Source: an uncultured Candidatus Saccharibacteria bacterium
Lineage (GTDB): Bacteria > Patescibacteriota > Saccharimonadia > CAILAD01 > BJGX01
DNA: 25,603 nucleotides
Direction of reading: 5' to 3'
NCBI GenBank assembly: GCA_964430405.1
Contig: CAYSEY010000001.1
Coordinates: 1 to 25,603, forward strand
Part shown: positions 25,118-25,603 of the stretch, piece after piece
Numbering within the stretch: position 1 is the first letter of the stretch
Layout: each line of letters starts with the position of its first letter
The notes under the pieces: generated by a model
Databases searched by the model: none
Seen by the model: the letters and a program-made list of their open reading frames with translations, nothing else
What the model was told of the DNA's origin: nothing
Made by a program: the position numbers and the translations under genes

Positions 25118-25585
25118 ATGAGCTTACAAATTGGTGATAAAGCACCAGAATTCTCTGCCGATGATCAAACTGGAAAGACCCATACACTTGAGGATTTAAC
25201 TGGTAAAACTACTTTGATATATTTTTACCCAAAAGATGAAACACCCGGATGTACTATGCAGGCCTGTAGTGTAAGAGATAATTTTGAAGAACTTCAAGCA
25301 AAGGGTATAGATGTGATTGGTGTGAGCAAAGACGATGTAAAAAGTCATCAAAAATTCGTAGAGCATCATGAACTGCCATTTCCAGTCCTTGCAGACACAG
25401 ATCATAAGATGATTGAATCGTACGGTGCTTGGAATGAAAAAAATATGTTTGGTAAAAAATACTTTGGAATTGTGCGCTCATCTGTTCTAGTAGGGCCAGA
25501 TTTAAAAATTCTAGCAGTTTGGCCAAAAATTCAACCACTTAAAACAGTGCCAGAAGTACTAAAGTGGCTCGAAGAATCTAAATAG
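25118..25585 (+). CDS. bcp: Peroxiredoxin BCP/PrxQ
   Basis: GDKAPEF, YFYPKDETPGCTMQAC. AAGGAG RBS before ATG 25118. Confidence 0.93.
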   Translation: MSLQIGDKAPEFSADDQTGKTHTLEDLTGKTTLIYFYPKDETPGCTMQACSVRDNFEELQAKGIDVIGVSKDDVKSHQKFVEHHELPFPVLADTDHKMIESYGAWNEKNMFGKKYFGIVRSSVLVGPDLKILAVWPKIQPLKTVPEVLKWLEESK

Positions 25586-25603
25586 AAAACTATGATAATT
25601 ATT

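Noticed and set aside
1..25603. CRISPR array, prophage, IS transposase, intein, or UGA recoding
   Set aside because: No regularly spaced repeats, no phage or transposase ORFs, normal DnaB length, conserved genes are uninterrupted, and TGA serves as the stop of purB and the 15783-16244 gene.

Overview
Bacterial chromosome segment in the standard genetic code. It looks like Patescibacteria (CPR), probably Saccharimonadia-like: DnaX lacks its Zn module, a CPR-type conserved gene follows rplL, and several genes appear leaderless. The AT-rich backbone carries glyA, L10 leader-rplJ-rplL, dnaX-dnaB, a GtrA/GT2/2x GT-C glycosylation cassette, ybaB-recR-exonuclease-cysS, an RRM protein, tRNA-Gln, a VOC protein, a DEAD-box helicase, a TreT-like glycosyltransferase with a ROK kinase, an exonuclease and bcp. 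Single GC-rich genes are interleaved with this backbone (tandem-type thyX, an NDT-like gene, purD, purB and small orphans), each with AT-rich flanks and a strong 3' hairpin that usually lacks a U-tract. The strongest unannotated signal is a complete type III hammerhead ribozyme at 2753-2810, between an orphan gene and the nucleoside deoxyribosyltransferase-like gene. Other finds are a 51-aa double Zn-finger gene missed by the ORF track, a ~119-bp palindromic MITE-like element, a ~114-nt structured RNA candidate before ybaB-recR, and a helicase 5' UTR that sequesters its own start codon.
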